Assembly (NCBI GenBank): GCA_040954595.2
Contig: CM082579.2
Coordinates: 1,687,908 to 1,751,907 of the forward strand
DNA: 64,000 bases
Direction: 5' to 3'
DNA from: Balanoglossus misakiensis
Taxonomy: Eukaryota > Animalia > Hemichordata
The position numbers were made by a program, and so were the translations under genes. Within the stretch, counting starts at the first letter, position 1, and each line of letters opens with the position of its first letter. A model generated the notes under the pieces. The model searched no databases. It had not been told where the DNA came from and was given only the letters and a program-made list of their open reading frames with translations. Positions 13,283 through 28,570 of the stretch are shown one piece after another.

Positions 13283-13639
13283 CCCCGCAAGACGAACACA
13301 CCAATCTCCGATAAAGTACAAGTTGCAATGGGGTCACAACCGCCAGCAAGTGTTCTATGCAGTGCAATGAAAATTGCGATCTGCATTTTATAGCGGCGTT
13401 CACATGATATTAGGGTTGGCCGAGCCGCCACGGCTGAACCCCGCGACGATGAATCACCGTACCGTACTGCTAGCTACGTGAACTTTCCGGACACCAAGAT
13501 CAGTTCAGGCGATTTCGTCAATGAGGTTCCCGATTCTTGGCTTGGTATATTCACAACACAATCTGCTGCTTACCAGTTGTCTATCTTACCAGTCGGAACG
13601 CTCGTGATACAAGAAATGTCCACAGAATCATACTTGAAA

Positions 13640-13780
13640 GCCTTGATGTGTATTATTATTCAGCACACAAGAAACAACATCGCCATTTTCCTCCTAAAGC
13701 GGAAGTTGCCTAACAACACCCCATAACAATTTCATCCACATCCGCGATCACTCCGCTGCAAATTAGTTCCTCGTTACGGA
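13640..13780 (-). promoter_or_regulatory. Probable TATA-less promoter/TSS region of SH3RF
   Basis: YY1-like AAAATGGCG (minus strand, 13681-13689) next to an ETS-like CGGAAG (~13700); CpG-richer stretch 13260-13780 upstream of the ATG. Inferred, not mapped. Confidence 0.4.
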
Positions 13781-15813
13781 ACTTTTTTTGTGACTATTAA
13801 TTAAACAAATTTGTAAATAAATAAGTTAGTAACATTGCCAAATGTCTTTTCCCAAGACAGAGAAGTTTTCTGACATTTTGAATTATTTCAATAGTCTTCA
13901 GAATCAATTAATTGTCGCTTTCATATGCATACACACTGACATTCTTCCAGCACACATAAACAGATCAAAAAAGAGACAGACACCACAGTTCTAGTTAAAA
14001 TATTTTACTGCTGTTGTAAGAGCTCATTGTTATTTACATAAATTACAGAAATATAAAAAAGCTCCCAGACTGCCCATCCTTTGAAAAAAATCTCACATCA
14101 TAAACTTAATCATTAATAACAGCATTAACATTACTTGTTTATACATATAAGACCCACAGAAACCTTTCTTTTTGATCAAATTTTGATATGTTTAAATTAT
14201 CTTTTAAACGTGTAATCAGCATTCTTGGCTGCTTGTTTATTTTCAAGTTTCCTTGTGACAAGCATCCTCAAATGCTTCATTTGATTTACAGACTACCACT
14301 GGCAAGCGCAAAGCATGAATAATTCAGGCGGGACACTTAATTATCTTGTTCAATATCTTGTAAGATTTTTTGGCTGGACATCAAGCTGAAACACAGCATA
14401 TTGTTTTGATTTTATTCTCAGCAATGTAACTATAGCAACAATAAAGTTCCAGATACATGTATCATCTTTAATGCACATACACTGAAAACACACCAACATG
14501 TGAGACAAGTTTGCTGCTGGTTTCATTGTCACATCTACATGAATACAAATTGCTCTTTCTCAAAATACTGGCAAAATTGTGCCTACTTTTATTATTTCAA
14601 TAAACCACACATTATTCACGTCTACACAATTGGCAGAATTATTGTCAGATTCTCAAGGCACTTGTCAACAGTGTACAGCAGGGGGTAGCCTGGTTGAGAT
14701 TACACAAGCAATAAATAAAGAATTTGATTTCTTATGATTTTTCTTAGAATTGGTATAATAACAATGTACATATATCCATTTCATCTTCAGGACATTTCAG
14801 TTCCATATATGACATCTTCAATGCAGCTGTAAACATTGCTTTGTAAAGTTTATCTTGCAGCTTTTGTGCCCTTGGCTGCTGTAACCAGGCACAGATAAAA
14901 TTTGAATTGAAGCTGTGAATTTTACTCTGTACCACACAAAATATTCACAATAGGCTACTGTTTTGACAACATAAAACATACAGATATGAAGGTTAAAAAC
15001 AAAGTATGTCAAATAAATAAAAAGAAATATTAATTTAATTTAAATCCCCAATATATTTGGCATTATCCTTAATTCTGAAACCTTCTCCAGTTTTTAAAAC
15101 AAGAGTTTACTTAAAATTTTATATTAAACTGAGTTTCACAGCCAATAAAAAATACATTGACGTGGCAAATTAATAGCTTTGCACAGAGTAATTTTTGACC
15201 TATACAACAAAACATTTCAATATCATCTTATAAATAATTGTTGCTTTTATACAAACATGATTCATTTTAGTATAAAATGTTAAACGAATTTTGTAATTTT
15301 CCTGAGATTTGTATTTATCATAAGCAGATGCCATTATCAGAAAATGCAAATGTCTGTGCTGGCATCTGATATGGAATTTTCCCCCATGTCAGATTATCAT
15401 TTGGGCCATCTAACTCTGCAGTGTAAATACGCTTGACATATCTACATGTATAAGGATGCCAGTGAGTGCCTTTTCTACTCAAATAGCGAAACATTATCAC
15501 TAATGACATCTCCTTAGTGGGTATCTCTTAAAGATATCAAAAAGGCAAAGGCATGCAAACAAATTATAGTAAAACAGAAATAAAGTGCGAGACAGATGGC
15601 TTGCCCAGAAAAATCAATAATAAAAGCTCGGAGCAGGATCAACATAGCTTTTCCGACTACAGAGCCCTCTTGTGTCAAAAGCTAGGAAAATCCGCTCCCT
15701 TTTGTTTTTATGCGTGGGTTTTTGTAATCAGCGAATGTGTTGACACAATGCAGACAAATTGGACAGGCACACCACAGCACAGACAGATGCATTGACTGAA
15801 AGTGACACTATCA

Positions 15814-18800
15814 TTAAAGATGCGCAACAGTGGCATACAGCCTGATTGGTAAGATCTCATCAATATGGAACTGTAACATGTCGCCCTGCAGAACGCTGTG
15901 CTCTTGGCAGACTGCCGACAGTTCTTTCAGGAAATCTTCAAAGATGACGGCAGCGGTGGCCACTTCTTTCCATTTGTTCTGAGCGCTGTTGTCCTGTATG
16001 GCGTGCAGTTTTTGCTTCTCTGAGGCCTTCACAGCTTTCTGTCGACGGACACTGCCAGACCGGAGAAATCGGTGAAATCCACCCTTCTTGGGAGCTTCAG
16101 AAATGATACAAAAATACACGTGTGGGTCAATGCAGTTTTAGAAACATATGCCAACACAGAAATATTTCATCAGTAATAGTTTTGACATGGACAGCAAACA
16201 CTTACTACATTTGAGTGGAAATTGAACATTTTTGTACGTTAGAAACGAGACATTTGGTTCATAAGAGAAAATGATAGAGAGACGGGGGTGGGGGTGGATC
16301 AGTAAGACACAGACAGGGCAATACACTCAGAGGACAGACAGAAAATAGACTAACAAACAAGTTATATATCTCAACTGACCTTTGGGTCTAGCATTACTGT
16401 CTTTATCAACAGTGCTCAAAGTTCTAGTTCTTGGCCTGTCACCATCACCTGCAGCATTGTCACTGGAAAGGAAGCTCATCCTAGCATTGTTCAAAAGCCT
16501 TGGAAAGTGTTCTGCTTTCCTCGCATACATCTCGATATTACTCTTCACTGAAATCAACACCTGTGAAATCAAGTGAAAAATAAACATGTACACTCAAAAG
16601 ATATTCAACATTCCATGACTGTCACATGTTGTGGCTAAGGGTGTTGTTAAAAGAACACCCAAACCTGTTACTCCAATAGTAGATCTAGCAGGACCATAAT
16701 CCTATCCAAATTATCTTACCTGTTGCAGGGACCGAACGCTGGGTTGGAACACAATTTCTGTGTTGAGTAGGTACGAGGTCAACAGAGGTTGTGGGTAGCA
16801 GGCAAGGCGTGTTATGACTGCTGTCAACATGAGATTGACCTCTGTTGGGTTTTCTATCATGTGCTCTAGTCTGTTAAATAATGCTGAGATGAAAGGTCCT
16901 GCAATGTAAAAGATTACGTCAGTAGCTTTTAAGTCATCAACCCATGACAGGCTTTAAAAACGGAAATAACTGAACTAGTGACAACGTACAATGCTTGATC
17001 ATGATAGCTTGTCGATAGACACCAAGCCACAGAATAAACCTGTATGCATGAATGTTTCAGTGTCTATCCACAAATATTGATAAGAAAAGAGCCTAGAATC
17101 TTGGCAGTGTCACAAATTAAACCACAATTATTAGTTTGAGCATGGTATTGGTACACGTATGCATGCTTTGACCTCAAAATAGGTATAAATTTTCATTTGG
17201 CCAAGGTTGTGCCAAGATTACAAGTCTTTGCAATTGTGCAGACACATAATAAAACAAAAATTTCACAGCACATATCTACAAATGATCAACTGAAACAATA
17301 TTACACACAATACAACAAAACGAGACAACACAGGGCAACATATTATTTACTGCAACATGACAGGCTGAATGGTACATTAAAACACTTCTTACGCTCTGTG
17401 GGATTTTTGACATTAATTTAACTGAGCATTTGTTTGTGGTGAGGAATGGCGAACACATGGTACACCTTGTGAGGAAACAGTTTCTGATGTGTCAGAACAA
17501 GAATCAGAAGAAAGTGTTGTGCAAATGCGATAGATATTGTATTTTTAGCGAATATGCAAGATTTTACACATGATTTAACTATATGTAGTCTCACACAAAG
17601 ATAGCAAGATGGCAACCTGCCAACCCCTGAATCCTGTGTTACCCTTCTAACTTGTCTGACAGATCATAATCACAGAATACTGGGGTGGAGTGCTTGGTTT
17701 TTTCCAAAACGCAAAAGTTGAATTTTTAGCAGCGCAACTGAATGCCTCTATAAGAATGCACAATTTTGAAGAATATTTTTTGCAGCGCAATCAACATAAG
17801 TTTGAGTTCCCTGTTAAACTCTCTTGCATGATGGATCTATAAACACCGTAGTTTTCACAAAGTTTGAACTTGAGAAGTACATGTATCTCCAATTTCAAGT
17901 TGGGTGGGATTTCTGTCAAATTCTTAGTGTATTTTTCTGTGGATATATTACAATGTATCATGGGAACTCAAGACCTTATGGACTAAACCTATTAAAATGC
18001 AAATAATCTGGTAATATGGATGTTTCTGCTTCATATACAATGTACCTCCCACTGCTAAATACCTAAGAGAAGCCATGGCTTGAGGGTCATTTCTGAAAAA
18101 ATTAAGGGTACCCTCCCTCAATTCTCTGAAATTGACACATGTGGTTTGAATTTATTCGATATTAGCAAATAGTGGTCAGAAAGTCTGGTAGCACTTGCAG
18201 ATTCTCAATTTAGACATGGCTTCAATTAGGAATTCTGTGGTTCTTTAGCACACAAACATGTATGTAATCTAAGCCGTGGTCACTCCACAGAAGAGCCAAT
18301 TTATTCCAATGCCAATAAGACCACAGTGGTTGCAGCCAATCTGTGCAGTGACCACAACAGCTTGTAGTGGTGGATAGTTCCAGATGAGACATGGTACATA
18401 CTAACAACTTATGATGTGAAAAATCACAGGAAAGAAAGACTGTACCTAATGCGGCCTGAAGTGGTCTTACCGGTTGTAATATACCACCAGTGGAATCTGA
18501 TTTTTCAAACAAGTATATTAAGTGAATACAAATCATCAATGTGAATCAGTTATAATCGTATATCTATTTTATATGTCAAGAGAAATGGTCACGTATTTAA
18601 GGCTGAAAATATTGTTGAAAGAAATGTAGGATACTGTTGTGTATGTGTTTGAAGTCTTTGTGTTATAAAAGTTAAAATCAAAGTACATGTACTAGTAATA
18701 CACTCTCAGACTACAATTAGACCTCAAAATACGGCAGACATAACAAAGATGACTCACCTGTTGGCGAAAAGGGAGACGTGACAACATTATCTGAGTTGTC

Positions 18801-21800
18801 GTCTGATTCGTAACTGAACGGACGCGACGGCAGAAGGTTAGAATCAAACTCCCAGAAGTCAAACAAGTTATCATTATTGACATTGAAAATGTCACTGCCA
18901 TTGTCCCTCTCGCTGGGCTGCATGTCATTGACCTTGACCTCCTCCTCTTCCTCCTCGGAGGTCGGCAGGCTATCAAGGGCCGGCTTGGAGCTCCTGTATG
19001 CCCCCATCCACATTTCGTCCTCGTCATAGCCTTCCATAAGCTGCATTGGAGAGATGTCGGAACCACTGGAATGCTGTCGGAGGAACAATTCCCTCCGACT
19101 GTAGACAAGGTCCACCCAGTCTTCCAGGTAGGTCACTGTCTCCTCGCTTTCCTTGCTCAAGTCTATATTTTCCCCACCGAGAGTGTTCTCCAAGAACTGC
19201 TTCATATCAGCGAACATATCAACATGACTCTGCTCTTTGGGAACTGACATCCTCGGGGACATTTCCACATCAAAGACACTATCTATGAACGTCTGTTCTC
19301 CTTCGTCTTTAAGCCAGTCAAACTGATCAAAGTCCTGGTAGGCCGAGCTGCTTCTCTCGTCCTCTTTCCCACTCTTCCCGTCGTAGGGATTCCTCCAACA
19401 CAGGGAGGCCAAGTAACACTGTTCCACCACACTTTTCGCTGCAACTAAATATTTGTAGTAGCTTTCCTCTGTGTCTTCCATGGCCGTGTGGTTTCTCTCC
19501 TCCAGTGAAGTCCTGGAAACCAGCGTTGAAGAGGACGATTGCGAATTGGAATGGTCTCTTGATTTGTTGCAGGATGGAATCAGGGAGAGGAACTTCTCGC
19601 TGCTGGTTCCGTACATGTCTTGATCTCGTATTGCTGATCGCTGCGATGCCATGATGTGCTTACAGGGAACCAAATACCTGGAATCAGATACAAAAATATG
19701 ACGGGTACATGTACAAATCAAATCTCTATCAGTAAGCTGTTTGTGCTACAAAACTGATACCAACAACAGGTCTGATGCTAAATTTGAATACGTGAAAACA
19801 CCTTTAGGATTCAGAACATTTTTTCCCTGCAGATATACAATTATGCGAAGCTAGACACTGATTTTATGATCACTGTCGTGACTGACCCAGAGTTCTTCCT
19901 AGACTTTAATTATGGTACGAGTTCACAAGGTACTTATTTTATTCACAATGACATGCAGATGTGATGAATGTAAAATAATAATAAGAATGAGAAAACTTAC
20001 TTTAGCACCAGATGTAGCATGACATCTTCACAGTTCAAATTTAATATTGTGTGAAACAGAGTTAATGTAACCAAACATAACTGAAAGAAAAACAAGAAGA
20101 AAAATATAACAATTTAAAACAAAAACAAGAGGTGATTCAGATGGGTTTGACATACACATGTTGATGAAGTGGTTGAATTTAGTCACAATGAAAATCGGAA
20201 ACTGGAGCAGAACAAAAAGAGTGCACAATGTTTAGATTTAAATCAAATCATGAGATAAAAAGTTTCTTATTCAAACAATGGGTGATTTAAACATCTAGAA
20301 CAATTTTTCTGGCAAGAGAAAATCATTTATGTAACCTTCAACCTCAATACGTGTCAAATCAGAGTATAGATGCATTATTTACACATAGAACACTCACCTT
20401 GGTTTCACCATGGATACGACTGATTAACGAGTCCAGTATGTAGCAACCTTCATGCCTTGCTTTGCAAACAAACCTCAGAAAACCTCGGATCAATTCTGGC
20501 TCAGTGATGCAGCGAATGAACAAATCAAGGTACGTTGTTGCTGCGATGACTTCTCGCTGGACGTTCTGTAATGTACGTGTAGATTATTTGCGTTTAGTGG
20601 TGGTCATCAAAAAAGAACTCAAAAATCCCATTCCTTATGGAAAGAGAGGGATGAAATTTGCATATAGGTGAACTACATCCATACACTGTATTCTGATGAG
20701 TCTGAAAATTCCCTGTGTAAATATTTGCATTAATCAAAGGTTTTGGAACATTGGTAAATCATGATTTGGGAACCTTAGTAACACTTCTGCAATCCATTAA
20801 TAAGACTAAATTGATAGACAAAGGGTGACCCTGGTAACATTACCTTGGTACCACCCTTAACAAAAACACTGTCTGGTATGCAGTGATCATTGTGTGTTCA
20901 CCAGATTTGCAATGGTTGTATTCACATCACACACGCTTTGCTGTGTACAAACAGAATTCACAAATAGTGACTTACACTTATGTGTTTAAAATTATAAAAA
21001 TTTAAAGTTAAAAATTTACAGAGGAAAAGTTAGTGGTGCAAGGATGATCGCTGGACCCTGATGTAAGTCTTACATATGTTTGATATAAGTCTGACTGACT
21101 TGTCTCTGTTATGTGTTTGGTTGGGAATCTCCATCACCTTAATATATTTTAGTATATACAACAGCAACCTGTTGCATTTGAATAGTTTTGGCCATCAGCC
21201 TACTCTGTTGTTTTTAAAATACTCTGTACTTTTAAAGTGCTGGATTTATTCACATCATAAATGTTCCTGTTTCAGAGACAAACTCTCTGAGGCCATGCTT
21301 GCAAGTTGCATGCTTCAGATGCATTATGCATTGAGATGCCAGTGCTATGTTATCATGCATAGCTAATCAAAAAAATTATGACTTGCATAAACAAAACCCA
21401 AAGAACAACAATAGACAGCAACACAAACAATGCCAATGACAATAGATATTGAACAAAGAGAACAGACAAAGAAAATGCATTGCCCAGGAATCTTCCAGAC
21501 TTATTCACTGGAGAAATCAAATGACAAACAGGTAATAACACTGACTTTCTAAGGGAAGGACCAGCTTTCTGGCGGTGGAAATTTTGAGATAAAAACCCCA
21601 TTCTTGAACATATACTGAGTTGAATGAGCAACTGCCATTCCTTTTTAAGGTATTGGTTAGTGGTAACGCTATTGTCTTAAATGGAAACGAAAAAAATACA
21701 ACCATGTTTAAGAGATAAAAACAAAATTGTTAATTTGGTACTTTTTAGATAGATTAGTGGTAGCAATAGCATGCAGTGAATGACAGATGAGAACCCAGTG

Positions 21801-24800
21801 ACCAATTTCCATCAATTCACACTTTCAAGCAACAAACAAGAATGTACACAAAATCGCTAAGTGTTATTTCGGGTGTTAATATTGTGCACATAATGTTAGG
21901 GAAGATTTTGTCATTTCTATTTGCTTGGGGGGAGGGGGGGGGGCACAATGTTTTGATGTTTTGTGATTGTTGTGAAAATGAAATTGATGGAAATTGTTGG
22001 TTTCAGAATGTACAAATGTAGGTGGAACTGCTTACCAATGTGGGACTGAGTCCATTGATATTTATGAACTAGAGTTTATGCAACAGGAAAAAGTAAAACA
22101 GGGAAAAAAGAGAGGTATTAGGAATAAATCTGGAAGATGGTATGGCATACAAAAAACAGAACTATTGAAGTATTGTGCCAGATTTCATTGAGTGTATTTT
22201 TTTATGCACCCAACATTTAGACTGATGCAGTGTTAGACGTCACTTTAGAGGGTGCTGAAAAACAGGCCACGATCTGTGTATATACGTGTGACATGCTTTT
22301 AAACAGAGAGTGCACAATCAGAAATTCCCAACGTTAAGAATGCTTTCAGATACCAGAAGAACACCCACTGAGGAGGACTCAAATGCATACCTCCTCCCCC
22401 CCCCCCTCCTCTCCCCCCATTAAGAATGTTCTGCAAGCACACTGACAATGTTGGTGGGTCCAAATGGATGGCAAATGAATGAATGGAATTATCAATGACA
22501 CATGTAATTTGGCTGTACAGTTTTTCAGGAAACCATTCTTGGATTTCTTGTCTGCAAAGAATTACGCTGTCAACTCTGATTTAACTTTGTAAAAAGTTCA
22601 ACTAAAGTGAGCGACACAGAAAGAATCACACACACATTGGCATAATGGATTCACATCGAATCGCACTTCTTTAGTATTTATTACTGCATTTCAGCTCATG
22701 TTTTTCTTGAAAAGTCGACTGCTGGAAGGCACTCACTAATCTTATCACACAAGCTAGGGTACTCAGTAACATCCACATTCTGAGTTGAGGCCATCACTTC
22801 AGATTAAAGGCTTTGAATCTGTCAGTCCTACAGTTTCCCAAAACATTTTCAGCACTCTTACCCAGCTCATGTGTCAGTCCATTGGTCTAATATTATAATT
22901 GAAAAATATGCATGTAGCTCTCAACTAATCAGTAAATGTGAATAAAGCAAAGTGGTTAAAAACTTAGCAGTGCTGACAGTTTGATAAAGCTATTTCTTCT
23001 GAGAGAACACTTGTAACTATGGCAAGTGCCAAATGTATGTAGGATGTTTAGCCTAGGTTTGTATATTTTCTGTTGCCTTGTGTCTCTGTGATGTCAACCA
23101 GGCAAGTAAAATCACGTACATGTACATGACACCTTACAGACCAGTATGGTGAGGAGAGTCTGTTGTCTCTGTGCTAATTGGGACCCACTGAAAACATCAA
23201 ATCCCTGCTTTGAAAAGAGTTGTTTTGATGATAAATGGAACCCACTGAAGACATGAGCCTCCTTTGCTTTGAAAAGAGCCAGTCAAGCAGAGGTTAAGTG
23301 GTTCTGTGAATAGTGTGATTGTGAACTGACCTGGTGTAGAGATGGTGCCATGACAGGCAACAGAAAACCTTCGTAGATATAATCCACTAGCTGATAACAC
23401 ACCATAGGATGGGCAACCTGTGAAAGAGAGAGGAATACACTTAGTTGAAAGGTTAAGTCTTCTGTCAGAAATGTCAGATATAAATTGTAAGTGAGGTGCT
23501 TCACTTTTGTTAAGTTTGTCACGTTCCTATTGCAATGCAGGCTAGCATGTCTTAAGATGGGAATTTCATTGGATTGGCACACAAAAAGGTGTACTGTACA
23601 TGTACTCATATATTTTTGTTATTTCACTCTCTGTTTTATCAATACTACCCAGGGAGGGTTGGAATGTATCAGGTTAAAGGTCACAGACACAATGACCGGC
23701 ACAGCAGTGGTCAGGGGCACTTTTTAGGCTGATGGATATCGGAGAACCCGAATATTTGATACTTAGTATACATGGAACAACAGATATGATGTATCAAATA
23801 TCGCAACAACCAAGACTTCTCAAAACTAACCACCAACCACTGAGCATTATTGGGTACACTTGCTTGTGTCCTGTGATGTAAACAGGGCCTTTCTTACACC
23901 TCATGCAGACCACTACTAATGATGCGATTACGGTTCATTAGTACTGTTTATTTTAAATTGACAGCACTGAGGCATTTTCACAACCCTGGATCCACCTATA
24001 ATAGACGTGTGAATCAAACAAACTACTCTGGAAAGGTTGTGGTTTTATACTGGCGGCTTTTGAAAGCGGACACCATGTAGATTCTGTCAATGGTCTGTTA
24101 TAAAACTGACAGACCTTGAAAATCTGAAAGGGTAGGCCTAAATGATAAGATTCCTCGCTAGACACTGGTGGTCACGTGAGATGGCTGTCCCTGTCAGTTT
24201 TTTTCAGTTTGATCCTTGTTCATGTACATGTACAGTGTATTACACCCAGCCCAACAACTCCTAGCCCTGACGAAAGTTTGCAAGGCTATAAACATATTTT
24301 ATAGCTTTGGCTGAATGACAGAGGAATGTAGAATTGACCTACTTATACTGTCTGTTGAACAAATACTCAAGTCTCACTTCACTGCCAACAATGTCATGTA
24401 AACAGATACTGAAAATTGTTTTATGACCTGACATTTTTAGAAAGTTTGAAATAGTTTTTGCGTTAGGTTTGGACCATACACATGAACTGATCTGGCTCAA
24501 ATATTTTCATTCAGAGTGCGTAACATGCCATTTAATTGTTGAACACTGACAAGAAATATTGAAAAAAAACATCAAACAATTACAGCAAAAATAACCTTAC
24601 CATGTGGTTATTTTTGGACATCCACGAGCAGAAACTGAGGTTAGTGGCAGAATGTGCAAAGAAAACATCTACTTACCTGAACAACAGCATTACAAAAATC
24701 CAAGGAATTGAGAAACCCGGCCAGCTCTGGTATATCATTTGCATCCCGGCGAGTGAGTTGAAACCAAGGTTTGTTATTACCAATTATGTCGTTCGGCAAG

Positions 24801-26580
24801 GCTGAATACAAACCACTCAATCCTGTGGCAAGCACCTAGGACAAATGTTTGAAAAACAAATGATGTCTACTTGTTAGCAAAATTGATGATTTACAGTTAG
24901 TACACAGTTTTGTAGAGTTTCATTCTGCCTATAATTACAATACAATGTATGTTTAATAACAAAAACATAAACCTTTGTCTGAATATTGGTAAACTGTGTA
25001 TGGTTATTGTCACTAGAAAATTCCACTGTGGGTTTGGAGTGGACAATTAAAACTGAAGTATCATTGGGGTTTAATAAAACTGCACTGCGGGAGAGAACCC
25101 TGTGGCCCAGCTGAAAGGTCAAGAGAATATGTCAGTACAGACGTATCACACATGAAAAAATTTACTGGTACGAGGTACCAGTAACACAATTTATTTGTAA
25201 TAAGCTAATGGTTGATAGGTTCACAGATGCTGATTTCTGATTACCCAGTTACAGTACAATGTAGCATGCATGCTGTGCTCATTAATGTACCTGCATACAT
25301 GTGTTCATTTATGTGAAGTGGTTCTTTCAAGAGTGTTAATCAGTAATGGTCAAAATCACTACCATGCTCTTTAACATAACACCAGCATGTCTATAACATG
25401 TGTGACTTCAGGTTTTCATCCGCAGATTTATTTCAACTTCAAGGCTAGGGTAACACAGCATATTGCACACCAGAGCTGATGGGACATTCATATTGTTAGA
25501 AGGAGCGTAGTACAATGTGCATGTATCCACCCCCTAAAACAACTAATCCTGGATGTTTGGCACGATTCCAATGTGGTCAACAGTAAAACTTGTCTTGACA
25601 TAGTAAATAAAATGTAATCCATGAAAGAAACTATTGTTACAAGCTTACCATTCCTGCATCTTGTAAGATGCTGGTGAAGTACTGGGGTTATATTTGGACT
25701 GAAATACGACACAACATTGCAACCACTGGAACAGGTGTTTTTGTGACATTTTATGACATTATATGAATCAACAAACACATACACGTTGCTTATTATTAAT
25801 ACTTACTGGGCAGAAATTGGTACTGTCGGCTATGTACCTCCCAACCAGTTCATTTCCTGATGACACAGACATGCAGAGGAGCAGAGCATCCCGGGCTTGC
25901 TGGCCGATCGGCCCATCTCGGTGTAAATACGGTATCAAGAGAGAAAATATAAGGAACTTGGCCGGACCTTGATCTGAACTCGCCGGGAATAAGAATTCTA
26001 AAAGTGTCGGGTCTTGCGTCAGACTGACACATAATTGATTCAACAGAAGGATCATGTGTGATTCCACTTGCTTCGTGCCGAAGTCCGACGCGGCGAGTAA
26101 GAGCCGCAATAAGGGGTTCAAAATGGCGTGGTGCGTCAGTACGCTCTGTCTTGATTGGCCGATCAGCATCTCGTAGATCTTCAGCTGCTCGAACTTCAGT
26201 TCATCCACGTATTGCCCGCTGCGACTACTCCACAGGAAAAGCTTCTCCATGACTTTCTCCTCAACTACCAAGTTCAGTATGGGTCCCACATCGTTGTTGA
26301 CCGGTTTCTCTGCCACCAGGAGACCCATCATCTGTTCCACGTAATTCACAACGGTCTGAACTTCGTCCGCCGTGAGGTGCGTCCGATAGAACAGACTGTT
26401 TGTGGTGTTCTGCCTGTAGATGATGCTCTGTACCTGTCGCCAGTGCATTTTAAAGACTTCAAAGCATGTGAAGGGATCCAGGTCGGACACATTGGGGCGC
26501 TGTAGTATTCTGTCTTCTCTTGGTGGAAATGCTACAAACTTCCCATTGTCTGGGTGGTTGTTTTCGATGTACCAACTCAT
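15814..26580 (-). CDS. FHIP1: FHF complex subunit HOOK-interacting protein 1 (FHIP1/FAM160A family), ~942 aa, 9 coding exons
   Basis: Exons 26580-25807, 24835-24677, 23417-23331, 20565-20398, 20080-20001, 19677-18758, 16898-16720, 16560-16380, 16094-15814, in frame (2829 nt). Kozak-like GCCACCATG. Family motifs: FLIFSLLIPYLHRDGPIGQQARDALLLCM, FCPVLATGLSGLYSALP, FLNSLDFCNAVVQVAHP, LNCEDVMLHLVLKYLVPC, RLACYPQPLLTSYLLN..FQPSVRSL, AVIFEDFLKELSAVCQEH. Confidence 0.93.
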
Positions 26581-28434
26581 GGTGGCACCTACAGTACCTC
26601 TGGAGATGAGAAAAAGAATAGATTGTAAAATTGAAACATGTCTGACGCATCACATCAACATCTTAATGATTATCAAAGCAATCAGTTTTGCATATGCTGC
26701 TTTTTTCTGCTGTGGCTAGCTCACATTTTTATCCATATTATTTGAATTTCATATATTTATACATTCACATAACAATGGGGTCCCATCCAGGCACTTGAAT
26801 GCTAATGCTGTTCTGTTTGTATGCAATGTGGGGTTCCACTTAACCACACAATAGCTTCATTTGATTCCAAGGTCGATTGCACATTTGGTATGTCAGCCTG
26901 GGATGGACACATCAATCGTGACAGAGACTGCAAGTGCAGTGTGCATGAATGATACAGGTTTGCATGGGGAACCATTTCAATATGATATTTTTTTACAAGT
27001 ATAAAACATATGAAAACAACAGTCGGCTAACAAAATGAACACAAGCATCTTTTTGACATCAGTGATGTCTACATTTCAAAATTACAGCAGATGTAAATAT
27101 TGTACTAGTGGAATGGGTGACTCACATATAACAGTACGTATTAATATATTGCAGTTTCATCACTATAAATGGAACTAGGCAGCAGTACCTGCCAAAATAT
27201 TTATGTGTCTGCAGTCATGTCACGGAATATGACATCATACATTGTAGGAGGATATAACTCCTTTCTATATCTCTTCCTTGATTAGGGTTTGTGATGCTGT
27301 TTACTCGTACTGCTTTGTTCAAATATCGTGTCTGACCTTAGTTCTATTAAGGTTAACCCACACCCACCTGTGTGATCCTAAATGTCCCCTAGCCTTAGCA
27401 AAAACTGCATCATGCATATATACATATAGTTCATCACTTGTGCAGAGGCATACATCACATGCAGCTATGGCTACTGTACAGAATGGGATAAATGGAAGCC
27501 CTATACAATGTACACCTTACATTTCTGGCAGTAACATTAATTTCATGGCAATTTTTTCCAGCAGGATGCAATCTAATCACAATGTTGCATCAAGGTCAAA
27601 GAACAGGCACATTATCTGGGCAAAGTGTGTTCTTCAGGAAAACGGTAGCTGGTATTACTTCCTGTAAGAAATGTTGTTTTTTTATATGGTGCATTTGTAT
27701 ATGATGCACACATAAAATCACAAAGTGTACTTGTGTTTCAGCTATTATATTACGAACAAACCAAGGTCACAGCTGATGATTCTGAGTGCGAAAGAGTAAA
27801 TGTTGAACTGACCAGGACAATATCACAGCACACAGCTACCAGATGGCCTTGTTAAATATGTTTGTTTATTTATTTATTTTTGAGAACCATGTGTGAGTGG
27901 GTTCATGACCTTGAAGTTAGGAATATGGTTTGCCAAAGACCCCTGATGACCTTTCACTGCGAATGCGATGCCTTCGTGTTTACTGTATGGACGCAGCAAA
28001 CATTAACGTTCCAACGATTGAACTTAACCGCAAGGTGTGACCTTTTTCCCGTAGATCATCTACATGTGAAATACACAAACCATTAACTTTTCATCAGTCG
28101 ATACAATGTAACTTTCAACAACCAATTACATTCAGTGTTGACACGTACGTCGTCTTATTTCAGTGTGCGTCGGAAGAGTACACATTTTTATTACGTCCTT
28201 GACTAGCTAAAGGGGGAACACATTGTCGTTATGACATGCGTCGAAACCACAAACCACCCCGATAATCAACACAGTGCACCGTACGCTAAACGTGTACGTT
28301 GACTCAACACTGAACATCGGTGTGTCGGCCGCCTCGCAACAACAGACGCTACGCCCATAAACCGACAACACCTGTACCAACTCTCGGTGTCACTCTATCG
28401 ACACACTATTCATCAGTCTCACTAACAGTACTCA

Positions 28435-28570
28435 CCGCTTTATACTGAGGTGGGTAGCTATTGCCAAGCTACAGAAATACCGACACTGGCTCTGAAAAAC
28501 GAAGCAACGGCATCAGTTATGCTCCCTATGACGCCATATTGGATTTATCGGTGTAGTTTGCTATCCCATC
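28435..28570 (-). promoter_or_regulatory. Probable non-coding first exon/TSS of FHIP1
   Basis: YY1-like AATATGGCG (minus strand, ~28532-28540) and a GTGAGT donor near 28435 in a CpG-richer stretch. The acceptor tctccag| lies just upstream of the ATG at 26580. Confidence 0.45.
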
